From: Kiritimatiellia bacterium
GTDB taxonomy: Bacteria > Verrucomicrobiota > Kiritimatiellia > JAAZAB01
Assembly (NCBI GenBank): GCA_040767085.1
Contig: JAXGPF010000013.1
Coordinates: forward strand, 1 to 64,000
Length of the DNA: 64,000 bases
Direction of reading: 5' to 3'
Shown: positions 46,625 to 55,716 of the stretch, in pieces
How positions within the stretch are numbered: position 1 is the stretch's first letter
How the letters are laid out: every line of letters starts with the position of its first letter
Made by a program: the position numbers and the translations under genes
The notes under the pieces: generated by a model
Told to the model about the DNA's origin: nothing
The model's input: only the letters and a program-made list of their open reading frames with translations
Database searches by the model: none

Positions 46625-48031
46625 ATGTCTTATTTGCTGGAAGGTATCAAGATGTCACATCTGAAAAAATGGTTTTTTTTGCCTGGCCTGGCATGCGGAA
46701 TACTTGGATTGCTGTGCTTTTCTATTCTGGCTGATGGCGTACCCGCGCCGGCCGCAGAGAAGCCGGCGGCCAAGGCAGCCGTCCAGCCGCCGGCCGCCGC
46801 GGCGGAAGTGAAGAAACCGGAACCGCCGCCCGCCCCGGCGGTAGAAAAACCGGTGGCCATGGACGATTTGGATGATTTTTTTGAGCAGTCAAGCGCCGAA
46901 GTGGAGGCCCTGCCGGAGATCGTTCCGCCTGCGGGATCACTGAAGGATGCCGCTGCCGTTGCGCCAGCGGGCGCGGTGCGCAAGGCCGGCAAGCGCGATT
47001 TGTGGCGGGTGGGCGCGGGGATGCTCTGGCGCTCGCTTAAGACTCGTTCCTGGAACAGCGCGTCGTATGCCCGGGATTATCCTATTGCGGATAAATCGTC
47101 GGACGATGCCGGGGGCGGCGGCGGAACTTACAAGGATGGCTATGTGCGCACGGATGAGTGGACCGGCCAGGATCGGGAAACCTGGAATTGGGGTTACGAT
47201 AATCCCGGCCAGATGGATGGCAATATCCTGCGCTTGGCATCGAGCGGGCGCGTGGTGACCGATTTTGACCGCGATACTTCCGTGAGCGAAGGGCGCTATG
47301 CCGATTCCGGCGAAAACGAGCCGGGCATATACGTTTTCGCGCAGCGTAAAGTTCTCCGTGAACCTAACTGGGATTGCCGTTTACACCTGGACTTCATGCG
47401 CATCGGCTCGTCCGTCAGCGGCGCCGCCGCGAATTTCCGCGATGAGCAGCGCTGGGAAACCCGCGAAGAAAACCGCGTGGACTTTTTTGCGCTGGATGGC
47501 GCCGCCCTCGGCGGGAGCAGCACCCCGTACCAGGGCACCTACGCTGGTCCGGGCCCCTGCATTTCCACTACACCGCTGCGCAGTTCAAACGCCGGCGGCA
47601 GGGTGGTGGACGAAGGTTCGTACACGGCCTTCAATGCCATCAAACATGATTTGGATCTGCAACTGCTGACATTTTCGATGGGATTGTCGCTCAATTACCA
47701 ATTCCGGCGTTTAACGCTCGGCGGCGCCACCGGCCCCACGATCAACCTGGCGGAAACAGACGCCGTGTACCAGGAAACCTTATATGAAAGCTGGAATGGG
47801 GGCCCGGCGAGTGTGCTCAAGGAATGGCGTGACGCCGAGGATGATACCGAGGCTATCTTCGGTTATTTTGTGCAGGCGGAAGCCGGCTTGCGCATCACCA
47901 GTTGGGTGGAACTGGCCATTTTCGGCCGTTACGACTGGTTGGAAAACATCAACCGTGATATCGGCCCGTCCCGCTATGTCATCAATCCCGAAGGCGGGTC
48001 GCTGGGCGGATCGCTGAGCCTGATTTTCTGA
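46625..48031 (+). CDS. Exported protein, probable outer-membrane beta-barrel
   Basis: Signal peptide, Pro/Ala/Glu linker, alternating amphipathic strands and a C-terminal Phe (GGSLSLIF). Start may be 46652. Confidence 0.6.
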   Translation: MSYLLEGIKMSHLKKWFFLPGLACGILGLLCFSILADGVPAPAAEKPAAKAAVQPPAAAAEVKKPEPPPAPAVEKPVAMDDLDDFFEQSSAEVEALPEIVPPAGSLKDAAAVAPAGAVRKAGKRDLWRVGAGMLWRSLKTRSWNSASYARDYPIADKSSDDAGGGGGTYKDGYVRTDEWTGQDRETWNWGYDNPGQMDGNILRLASSGRVVTDFDRDTSVSEGRYADSGENEPGIYVFAQRKVLREPNWDCRLHLDFMRIGSSVSGAAANFRDEQRWETREENRVDFFALDGAALGGSSTPYQGTYAGPGPCISTTPLRSSNAGGRVVDEGSYTAFNAIKHDLDLQLLTFSMGLSLNYQFRRLTLGGATGPTINLAETDAVYQETLYESWNGGPASVLKEWRDAEDDTEAIFGYFVQAEAGLRITSWVELAIFGRYDWLENINRDIGPSRYVINPEGGSLGGSLSLIF

Positions 48032-48048
48032 GCGCCGCCGCGTCTGGT

Positions 48049-50220
48049 TTATCCGCGCAGCCTGGCGCACAGGGCCGTCTGACGGCGCATGATCCGGTTG
48101 TTGTGAATGGCGATTGCCACCGCCTTGTGCGATCCCATGAGGCACACCAGTCGCCGCCCGCGCGTGATGGCCGTGTATAACAGGTTGCGCTGCAGCAGGT
48201 GAAAATGCTGGGTTGCGACCAGGATCACCACCGCCGGGTATTCGCTGCCTTGCGATTTGTGGATGGAGCAGGCATAGGCCAGGCTCAATTCATCCAGTTC
48301 CATCGCCTTGTACCCCACCGGCTGCCCGTCAAAATCCACGGTTAATTGCCGTCCGGCGGGATCCACCTCGGCGATGAAGCCAATGTCGCCGTTATACACG
48401 TTCTTGTCGTAATTGTTCCGCAGTTGCATGACGCGGTCGCCCAGGCGGTAGGTCCAGGCATTGTATTGCACGGCGGGTCCCGCGGGATTAATCGCCGCCT
48501 GCAGCGCCAGGTTCAATGCGTCGGCTCCCAGTTGATTGCGGCGCATGGGGGACAACACCTGGATTTCCGTGCGCGGATCCAGGTTGAAGCGCGCGGGAAT
48601 GCGGCGGGAGGCGAATTCCACTGCGCGGGCGGCCAGGCGGTCGGGATCGTCTTCCGGCACAAAGTAAAAATCGGACGGCGCGCCGGTATCCGGCAATTCC
48701 AGCATCCGCCCGTCATTGACGAGGTGGGCGTTATGCACAATCCAGCTGCGGTCATGCTGGCGGAAAATCCGCTCCAGCTTGACGCTGGGAATCGCGCCGG
48801 ATTCCAGCAGGTCCCGCAGGACGTTGCCTGGTCCGACGCTGGGCAATTGATCGGCATCGCCCACCATCACCAGGCGCGCATGTCCGGGCAGGGCGCGCAG
48901 GAAGGCGTACATCAAGGCGATATCCACCATGGAGGTTTCGTCCAGGATGAACGCGTCGCCCGGCAGCGGGTTTTGCGTGTCATGCTCGAATCCGCCCCCC
49001 GGCCGGAATTTCAGCAGCCGATGGATGGTCATGGCGGGGTGGGCGGTGGCCTCTTCCATCCGCTTGGCAGCGCGGCCGGTGGGCGCGGCCAGGCGCACCT
49101 GCAATTTTTTCACGCGCCAGATGTCGGCCAGGGCCTTAATGATGGTGGTTTTACCGACGCCGGGTCCGCCGGTGATCACCGAAACTTTTTCCGTCAAGGC
49201 CATGACCAGCGCCCGGCGCTGCGCCGGCGCGAATTCCAGGCGCATGCGCGCCATGGCCCAGTCCAGCGCTTTGGCAGGGTCCAGCGCCAGCGCCGGCGCG
49301 GCGTGTCCGCGCAGGCGGGCGATCTGGCGGGCCGCGCCGGCCTCCGCCTGGTACAGGGCCGGCAGGTAAATGCGGTCCTCTTCCGCGCTGACGGCCCGGG
49401 TGTCAACCGCGGCGGCCAGGGCCTGTTCGAGAATGGGGGTTGGGATGGCCAACAAACTGGCGGCTTCCGCCAGCAGCTGTTCGCGGCTGGCATAACAATG
49501 CCCCTCGTCCGCCATGGTCTGCAGGGTATGAATGATGCCCGCGGCGGCGCGATGGATGGAGTCGGCGGGGATGCCGATGCTGCGCGCGATGCGGTCGGCG
49601 GTTTTAAAGCCGATCCCCCAGATGTCGGTTGCCAGGCGGTAGGGATTTTCGCGGATCAGGTTGATGGATTGTTCGCCATAGGCGCGATGAATGCGGCTGG
49701 CCTGGGCGGCGCCGATGCCGTGGGCGTGCAGGAAAATCATGATGTCCCGCACGGTTTTCTGGGCGTTCCAGGCGGCCTTGATCTGTTCCCGGCGCTTGCG
49801 CCCGATGCCTTCCACCGCTTCCAGCCGCGCGGACTCGCGCTCGATGATCTCCAGGGTTTGCGCGCCGAACTTTTTTACCAGGCGCTCGGCCAGCACCGGG
49901 CCGATACCGTCTATCATGCCGCTGCCCAGGTAACGCCGGATGCCGTCCAGCGAGGTGGGCGCGGAACAGACGATTTTGGAAGCATGAAATTGCGCGCCGT
50001 GGACTTTGTGGTGCTGCCATTGTCCTTCGGCTTCCAGGGTTTCACCGTCCCAGATGGCGGCGCAGTTGCCGACCACGGTGAAAGGGCGCGCGGGACCGCG
50101 GCCGCCGCGGGGATCTTTTAACACGCAAACCGTGTAGCCGGTTTCCGGATTGCGGAAAACGATATGATCCACGACGCCGGCAATTTTCACAATCTCTGAA
50201 TTTGAGTTTCTGGCTTTCAA
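48049..50220 (-). CDS. recD2: ATP-dependent RecD2-like DNA helicase
   Basis: N-terminal extension with HhH repeats (GIG), ENPYRLA, GGPGVGKT, APTGRAA, DETSM, GDADQL, HKSQGSEY and YTAITR. True start may be GTG 50190. Confidence 0.95.
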   Translation of the reverse strand: MKARNSNSEIVKIAGVVDHIVFRNPETGYTVCVLKDPRGGRGPARPFTVVGNCAAIWDGETLEAEGQWQHHKVHGAQFHASKIVCSAPTSLDGIRRYLGSGMIDGIGPVLAERLVKKFGAQTLEIIERESARLEAVEGIGRKRREQIKAAWNAQKTVRDIMIFLHAHGIGAAQASRIHRAYGEQSINLIRENPYRLATDIWGIGFKTADRIARSIGIPADSIHRAAAGIIHTLQTMADEGHCYASREQLLAEAASLLAIPTPILEQALAAAVDTRAVSAEEDRIYLPALYQAEAGAARQIARLRGHAAPALALDPAKALDWAMARMRLEFAPAQRRALVMALTEKVSVITGGPGVGKTTIIKALADIWRVKKLQVRLAAPTGRAAKRMEEATAHPAMTIHRLLKFRPGGGFEHDTQNPLPGDAFILDETSMVDIALMYAFLRALPGHARLVMVGDADQLPSVGPGNVLRDLLESGAIPSVKLERIFRQHDRSWIVHNAHLVNDGRMLELPDTGAPSDFYFVPEDDPDRLAARAVEFASRRIPARFNLDPRTEIQVLSPMRRNQLGADALNLALQAAINPAGPAVQYNAWTYRLGDRVMQLRNNYDKNVYNGDIGFIAEVDPAGRQLTVDFDGQPVGYKAMELDELSLAYACSIHKSQGSEYPAVVILVATQHFHLLQRNLLYTAITRGRRLVCLMGSHKAVAIAIHNNRIMRRQTALCARLRG

Positions 50221-50237
50221 ATTTGAGATTATGATTT
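50195..50237. repeat. Second degenerate TTT[G/C]A[A/G]A heptamer tract
   Basis: TCTGAA TTTGAG TTTCTGG C TTTCAAA TTTGAGA TTATGA, the same consensus as 9146-9200. Confidence 0.45.
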
Positions 50238-50815
50238 CATGACGGCGGCGGCGGGATAGGCAGGCGCAGCGTCAGCCCGCCCGCCGCCTGCACTTCGAGA
50301 CTTTTGCGGAAAGAAGCTGGCGCCGGACGCGGCGGCGGCGCCGGTGTGACCGCCGGGGCAGCGGCGGCGGTACTGGACGCCGGGACCGGCATTTCCGCCA
50401 GGCCCGCCGGTGCGGGCGTGGCGCGCGCGGATGGCGCGGGCACGGCGGCAGGAGGCGCAGGGACAGCCGGCGCCGCGCCCATGCCCGCTTCCGCGGATTC
50501 AGGCCGCCGGCCGGAGTAGACCAGCGCCAGGAGGTCTTCGCGCGATTTTTCGGACAACTGCCGCTCTTCCTGGAGTTGACGCAACACGCCGTGGGTAAAC
50601 CAAGCGCCGCCGGCCAGGATCAAGAGAAAAATCAAGCCAATAGCGGCGACAATCCCGGCGAATTCCCGGCGGGCTCGCCGGCGTTCGTGGGCCAGCATGT
50701 GTTCCATCAGGCGGTTCAGTTCTTCCATGGAAGGGACCACCACTGGCTTGACCGGCAGCTGGCGTTCGACTTCCGGGTGCAAAATTTCCGGCCTGGATTT
50801 TTTCTTTTTGCTCAT
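50237..50815 (-). CDS. Hypothetical single-pass membrane protein with coiled coil and Pro/Ala linker
   Basis: GGAG RBS, start MSKKKK, TM segment IVAAIGLIFLLILAGGAWF and a low-complexity linker. Confidence 0.65.
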   Translation of the reverse strand: MSKKKKSRPEILHPEVERQLPVKPVVVPSMEELNRLMEHMLAHERRRARREFAGIVAAIGLIFLLILAGGAWFTHGVLRQLQEERQLSEKSREDLLALVYSGRRPESAEAGMGAAPAVPAPPAAVPAPSARATPAPAGLAEMPVPASSTAAAAPAVTPAPPPRPAPASFRKSLEVQAAGGLTLRLPIPPPPS

Positions 50816-50910
50816 GTATGTATCTCCCACCAGCATGCATTTAAAATACTTGAATTCAGCGGGCAATGCAATGTATAATTCCGCCGCTCAAGAAGATGCT
50901 TCAGTCGCAC

Positions 50911-50996
50911 GCACGGGTGGCGGAATGGCAGACGCGTTAGTTTGAGGGGCTAATGACAGCAATGTCGTGCGGGTTCGATCCCCGCCCCGTGCACCA
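50911..50996 (+). tRNA. tRNA-Leu(GAG)
   Basis: GCACGGG/CCCGTGC acceptor stem, GGCGGAATGGCAGACGC D arm, anticodon loop TT-GAG-GG, long variable arm, GGTTCGATCCC and CCA. Confidence 0.95.
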
Positions 50997-51008
50997 CACA
51001 TCCCCCCG

Positions 51009-51623
51009 ATGAAAATAGCCTTGGCCAGCCGCAATCCGCACAAACTGGATGAAATCCGCCGTATCTTGAATTGCGCGGAGATGGAATGGCTGGAACCCGC
51101 CGCCTTGGCCGACATGCCGGAAGTCGAGGAAGACGGGCTGACGTTCGCCTCGAATGCCATCAAGAAAGCCATGATGGCGGCTTTTTACGCCAAATGCTGG
51201 GCCCTGGCGGACGACTCCGGCCTGGAAGTGACGGCGTTGCAGGGCGCCCCGGGCGTAATGTCCGCCCGCTATGCCGGCACTCCCAGGGACGACGCGGCCA
51301 ATAACGGCAAGTTGCTCCGGGAACTGGCCGGCGCGCCGGACCGGACCGCCCGTTTCTGTTGCGTGGTGGCCCTGGCCAGTCCGTGCGGCCGGGCGCAGGT
51401 GGTGGAGGGTTTCTGTCCCGGCCGGATCATTGAAGCCCAACGCGGCGACCAGGGATTCGGCTATGATCCGCTGTTCGTTCCCGACGGGCATGAGCAGACT
51501 TTCGCGGAAATGGACGCCGCACTGAAAAACCGCATCTCGCACCGCGCGCGCGCCTTCGAACAGGCGCGCGGCAAATGGGGCGTCTTGTTCCGCGGCGACT
51601 ACGCCGATTGGCCCGCGCGGTAA
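51009..51623 (+). CDS. rdgB: Non-canonical purine NTP pyrophosphatase (RdgB/HAM1)
   Basis: ASRNPHK, ADDSGL, PGVMSARYA, GFGYDPLF and KNRISHR. Confidence 0.97.
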   Translation: MKIALASRNPHKLDEIRRILNCAEMEWLEPAALADMPEVEEDGLTFASNAIKKAMMAAFYAKCWALADDSGLEVTALQGAPGVMSARYAGTPRDDAANNGKLLRELAGAPDRTARFCCVVALASPCGRAQVVEGFCPGRIIEAQRGDQGFGYDPLFVPDGHEQTFAEMDAALKNRISHRARAFEQARGKWGVLFRGDYADWPAR

Positions 51624-51660
51624 AGCCGCTTCTGCGGGCTTGCCCCGCCGGTGAATGAGG

Positions 51661-52545
51661 TTATGGTTGGGCGGCCGGCGGCAGGTTGCACAGCCGGTCG
51701 TCGGGCAGGAGCAGGTTGTCAATCAGCCGGGTCTGGCCGATGCGGACGGCCAGGGCGATCAGGATCGGCCGTTCCATAGTTTCGACCGGCTCCAGCGTGG
51801 CTTCATCCACAATCTCCGCGTAATCAATCCGGGCTGACGGTGTCTGTTGGATTTGCTCAACCATGCTCCGGCAAATGCGGCCGGCGTCGCGCTCGCCTTC
51901 CCGATAAAGCCGCCGGGCCAGTTGCAGCGCGCGCATCAGGCAAAGCGCATCGCGCCGTTCGGCCGGGGCCAGGTACGCGTTGCGGGAACTCATTGCCAGT
52001 CCGTCCGGTTCGCGGACGATGGGCGCGATCATGATCCGCGCCGCGCAATGCAGGTCGCGCGCCATGCGCCGGATCAAGCGCGCCTGCTGCGCGTCTTTCT
52101 GGCCGAACACGGCGACATCGGCGCGGGTGATGTTGAAGAGCTTGGCGACGACCGTCAAGACGCCCGTAAAATGACCCGGGCGGGAAGCGCCGCACAGGCC
52201 CCGCGACATTCGATCTTCCCGGACCCAGACGGAGTGGTCCGCCGCGTACATACTTTCCGGCGGCGCGGGATGGAAGACAGCATCCACCCCGGCGTCGCGG
52301 CAGAGGGCGGCATCCCGCTCGAAATTGCGCGGATATTGTTTGAAATCCTCGTTGGGGCCGAATTGGGTTGGATTGACGAAGACGCTCAGGATGATTTTGT
52401 CCGCCGCTGCGCGCGCCAACTTGACCAGGGAAAGATGGCCGGCGTGCAGGCAGCCCATGGTGGGGACGAGTCCGACGGCATGGCCTGCCCGCCGCCATTG
52501 ATCGGCGATCAGATTCATTTCGGCGCCGGCATTGATGATTTGCAT
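51661..52545 (-). CDS. panC: Pantoate--beta-alanine ligase
   Basis: VPTMG.LHAGH, FVNPTQF, FGQKDAQQ, DGLAMSSRN and TRLIDN. Confidence 0.97.
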   Translation of the reverse strand: MQIINAGAEMNLIADQWRRAGHAVGLVPTMGCLHAGHLSLVKLARAAADKIILSVFVNPTQFGPNEDFKQYPRNFERDAALCRDAGVDAVFHPAPPESMYAADHSVWVREDRMSRGLCGASRPGHFTGVLTVVAKLFNITRADVAVFGQKDAQQARLIRRMARDLHCAARIMIAPIVREPDGLAMSSRNAYLAPAERRDALCLMRALQLARRLYREGERDAGRICRSMVEQIQQTPSARIDYAEIVDEATLEPVETMERPILIALAVRIGQTRLIDNLLLPDDRLCNLPPAAQP

Positions 52546-53378
52546 CAGTAGGTGTGTTCCGGGGCGGGATATTGGCCGGTTTCCACTTCGCCGCGGTAGG
52601 CAGCCAGGGCCTTTTGCGCGGCCCGGCCCAATTCGGCGTAGCGTTTGACGAATTTGGGGTGGAACTCTCCGGACAGGCCGAGCATGTCGTGCAGCACCAT
52701 GATCTGCCCGTCGCACCCCGGCCCCGCGCCGATGCCGATGGTGGGGATTTGCAAGGCGCGGGAAAGGCGCTTGCCCAAAGTAGCCGGCACGCATTCCACC
52801 ACCAGCGCGAAGGCGCCGGCGGTTTCCAGCGCCCGGGCGTCGCGCAGCAGCCCGGCGCTTTCCGCCGGCCTGCGTCCCTGGACCTTGTAGCCGCCGGTGA
52901 CCCGGAGGTTTTGCGGAGTCAGCCCGATGTGCGCCAGCACGGGAATGCCGTTCTGGACCAGGCGCCGGATCAGCGGGGCGCGGAAGGCGCCGCCTTCGAT
53001 CTTCACGGCGCCGGCGCCGGCTTCCTGCAGGAAGCGGCCCGCATTGCGCAGGGCGTCGTCCTCGGAAACCTGGTAGGACAGGAATGGCATATCGGCCACC
53101 ACCAGGGCATTGCGGGCGCCCCGGACCACCGCGGCGGTGTGATGCAGCATGACGTCCATGGTCACCGGCAGCGTGTGGTGGTACCCCAGCATCGTAGTGG
53201 CCACGGAGTCACCCACCAGGATCAGCGGCAGGCCGGCCTCGTCCACCAGTTTGGCGAAGGCATAATCGTAGGCGGTGAGGCAGGCTATTTTCCGCTGGTT
53301 CTTCAAGGCTTGAATTTTGGCGGCGGTCCATTTCACCGGCGGTGTTGTCTTTTGTGTTTTCACCATTTGGCCTTCCAT
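52545..53378 (-). CDS. panB: 3-methyl-2-oxobutanoate hydroxymethyltransferase
   Basis: LTAYD, LVGDS, ADMPF, VKIEGG, HIGLTPQ and TIGIGAG. Start at 53378 or 53366. Confidence 0.97.
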   Translation of the reverse strand: MEGQMVKTQKTTPPVKWTAAKIQALKNQRKIACLTAYDYAFAKLVDEAGLPLILVGDSVATTMLGYHHTLPVTMDVMLHHTAAVVRGARNALVVADMPFLSYQVSEDDALRNAGRFLQEAGAGAVKIEGGAFRAPLIRRLVQNGIPVLAHIGLTPQNLRVTGGYKVQGRRPAESAGLLRDARALETAGAFALVVECVPATLGKRLSRALQIPTIGIGAGPGCDGQIMVLHDMLGLSGEFHPKFVKRYAELGRAAQKALAAYRGEVETGQYPAPEHTY

Positions 53379-53863
53379 AATTTCACCCGCGGCGCCGCCG
53401 GCAAATCCGCCAGGATGGCGGACACCGCGGCGGCTTGCCCCGGCAAGCGCAGGCTGGGCCGGACATCGCACAGCGGCTGCACAACGAAGCGCCGGCCCTG
53501 CCAGCGGGGATGCGGGATCACGAGATTCCCGCGCCGGACGGTCCGCCGTCCGGCGTAAATAATATCAATATCAATCACCCGCGGCGCATGGCGCGGTTGT
53601 CCCGGCTGCCGGCCGATTTCCCGCTCCACCGCCTGCAGCGCCGTCAGCAGTTTGGCGGCGGAGAGCGCGGTCTTGACGATCAAAACCGCGTTCAAGAATT
53701 TAAGCGCCCGGTATTCGCGCAGCACGTCCACCGGCTCGGTCGCGTAGACCGGCGACTGCGCGATCAAGGTCAATGCGCCGCCGGCGGCGATCCGGTCGCG
53801 GGCGGCGGCCAGGTTGGCCAGCCGGTCGCCCATGTTCGAGCCAAGGCTCAATCCGGCTTCCAT
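53360..53863 (-). CDS. folK: 2-amino-4-hydroxy-6-hydroxymethyldihydropteridine pyrophosphokinase
   Basis: LSLGSNMG, FLNAV, PRVIDIDI and IPHPR...RRFV. Confidence 0.95.
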   Translation of the reverse strand: MEAGLSLGSNMGDRLANLAAARDRIAAGGALTLIAQSPVYATEPVDVLREYRALKFLNAVLIVKTALSAAKLLTALQAVEREIGRQPGQPRHAPRVIDIDIIYAGRRTVRRGNLVIPHPRWQGRRFVVQPLCDVRPSLRLPGQAAAVSAILADLPAAPRVKLWKAKW

Positions 53864-53865
53864 GA

Positions 53866-54675
53866 TCAAATCCCGGCATTCAGCCCGAGCACATCCTGCA
53901 TGTTGTACAACCCCGGCTTGCGGCCCTTGACCCATGCCGCCGCGCGCAAGGCGCCGGCGGCGAAGCACTCGCGCCGCGTGGCGCGGTGGGTCAACTCCAC
54001 GCGTTCGCCATCGCCGGCAAAAATCACCGTGTGGTCGCCGACCACGTCGCCGCCGCGGACGGCGTGCATGCCGATCTGTCCCGGCGTGCGGGCGGACTGG
54101 ACGCCCTGGCGTCCGTGCGCCAGGATCGAGCCCGGCGTCTGCCGGCGCGCGATGGCGGCGTTTTCCGCCAGGCGCAGGGCGGTGCCGCTGGGTGCGTCTT
54201 TCTTGCGGCGATGGTGCATCTCCACGATTTCGATGTCATAATCGGCCAGCACACCGGCCAGTTTACCCGTCAAGGCGAACAGCACGTTGACGCCCAGGCT
54301 CATGTTGGGCGCCCAGACGATGGGGGTTTTCCCGGCGGCGCGGCGGACTTCTTCGCTTTCCTCCTGGTTCAGCCCGGTGGTGCCGATGACCATGGGTTTG
54401 CCCATCGCGGCCGCCTGGCGGGCGGCGGCCATGGTGGCGGAGGGGAAACTGAAATCAATCAGGACCTCCGCCCCGGCCGTGGCTTTATTCCAATTGTCGG
54501 TGATGGCGACGCCGTTTTCGGTGACGCCGGCCAGGAGCCCGGCATCCTTGCCCAGCAGCGGCGATTGCGGCGATTCCAGGGCGCCGGCGAGGACGGCATC
54601 CGGCATGCCGGCCATGACGCGGATAATCGCCTGGCCCATCTGGCCGCCGGCGCCCAATATGGCTATTTTGTGCAT
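53866..54675 (-). CDS. dapB: 4-hydroxy-tetrahydrodipicolinate reductase
   Basis: GAGGQMG, VIGTTG and E.HHRRKKDAPSGTA. Confidence 0.98.
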   Translation of the reverse strand: MHKIAILGAGGQMGQAIIRVMAGMPDAVLAGALESPQSPLLGKDAGLLAGVTENGVAITDNWNKATAGAEVLIDFSFPSATMAAARQAAAMGKPMVIGTTGLNQEESEEVRRAAGKTPIVWAPNMSLGVNVLFALTGKLAGVLADYDIEIVEMHHRRKKDAPSGTALRLAENAAIARRQTPGSILAHGRQGVQSARTPGQIGMHAVRGGDVVGDHTVIFAGDGERVELTHRATRRECFAAGALRAAAWVKGRKPGLYNMQDVLGLNAGI

Positions 54676-54685
54676 GAGCAATTCC

Positions 54686-55552
54686 TTAAAGCAGTTTCAA
54701 TTCACGCAGGATGTCCGCCAGTTTTTCGCGCGCGTCCGGGCGCAAGGTGGTCAGCGGTGGACGGTAAACTTCTTCAATTAATCCCTGCAAAGCCAGCGCC
54801 GCCTTGATGGGGATGGGGTTGGTGTCCATGAAAATGCCGGTGAACAGCCGGAAACACTGGCGGTGCAGCGCCCGGGCCTGCGTCCAGTCGTCCGCGAGGG
54901 CGGCATGCACCATGCGGGCCACCAGTTGCGGCGCGGCGTTGGAAGCCACGCTGATCACGCCGCGGGCGCCCATGGCCATCATCGGCAGCGTCAGGGGGTC
55001 GTCCCCGGAAAGCACACAGAGGCCGCACTCCTGCAGAATCTGGCTCACCCGCAGGACGTTGCCGGCGGCTTCCTTGATCGCCGCGATGTGCGGATGCCGG
55101 CTCAGGCGTGTTACAGTCTCAAGGGCGATTTCCACGCCGCAGCGGCCGGGGATATTGTAGAGCACCACCGGCAAACCCATATCCGCCACGGCGTGGAAAT
55201 GGCGATAGAGGCCTTCCTGGTTGGGCTTGTTGTAATATGGAGTAACCTGCAGCGTGCCGTCGGCGCCGCAATCCCGGGCGGCCCTGGTCAATTCCAGGGC
55301 TTCGCGGGTGGAATTGGCGCCGGTGCCGGCGATAACCTTGATCCGCCGCCGGCAGCATTTCACCGCGGCTTCGATCACGTCCAGATGTTCGCGGAAATCC
55401 AGGGTGGGGGATTCGCCGGTGGTGCCCACGGGGACGATGCCGTCAATGCCGCCGGCGATCTGGCGTTCGATCAACGCTTCCAGCTTGCCGTAATCCACTT
55501 CGCCGGCGGCATTGAAGGGCGTAACGATTGCGGTATAAGCGCCTGCAAACAT
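54686..55552 (-). CDS. dapA: 4-hydroxy-tetrahydrodipicolinate synthase
   Basis: GTTGES, PYYNKP, LYNIPGR, IKEA and NPIPIK. Confidence 0.98.
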   Translation of the reverse strand: MFAGAYTAIVTPFNAAGEVDYGKLEALIERQIAGGIDGIVPVGTTGESPTLDFREHLDVIEAAVKCCRRRIKVIAGTGANSTREALELTRAARDCGADGTLQVTPYYNKPNQEGLYRHFHAVADMGLPVVLYNIPGRCGVEIALETVTRLSRHPHIAAIKEAAGNVLRVSQILQECGLCVLSGDDPLTLPMMAMGARGVISVASNAAPQLVARMVHAALADDWTQARALHRQCFRLFTGIFMDTNPIPIKAALALQGLIEEVYRPPLTTLRPDAREKLADILRELKLL

Positions 55553-55651
55553 GATGCGACTCCCTTGAACAAATTAAACAACCTTGACGGCCAGCGGGCC
55601 CGGCTTGAACCTGTCTGCGCGATTTTTATTTCCATCTTGAAATCCAGCGGC

Positions 55652-55680
55652 AGGTTAGCGCGGGCATCTCCGAGCGTCAA
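55652..55680 (-). promoter_or_regulatory. Sigma70-type promoter upstream of dapA
   Basis: Minus strand TTGACG-N17-TAACCT. Confidence 0.5.
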
Positions 55681-55716
55681 GTCAAATCAGGCGCCAGTCC
55701 CGGCGTCCGGGCGCGT

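Noticed and set aside
50911..50996. tRNA-Leu (and tRNA-Thr, tRNA-Trp) as island integration sites
   Set aside because: No integrase nearby, no repeated tRNA 3' end found, and the flanking genes are housekeeping.
55553..55716. Lysine riboswitch upstream of dapA
   Set aside because: Too short after the predicted promoter and lacking the conserved lysine-aptamer motifs.
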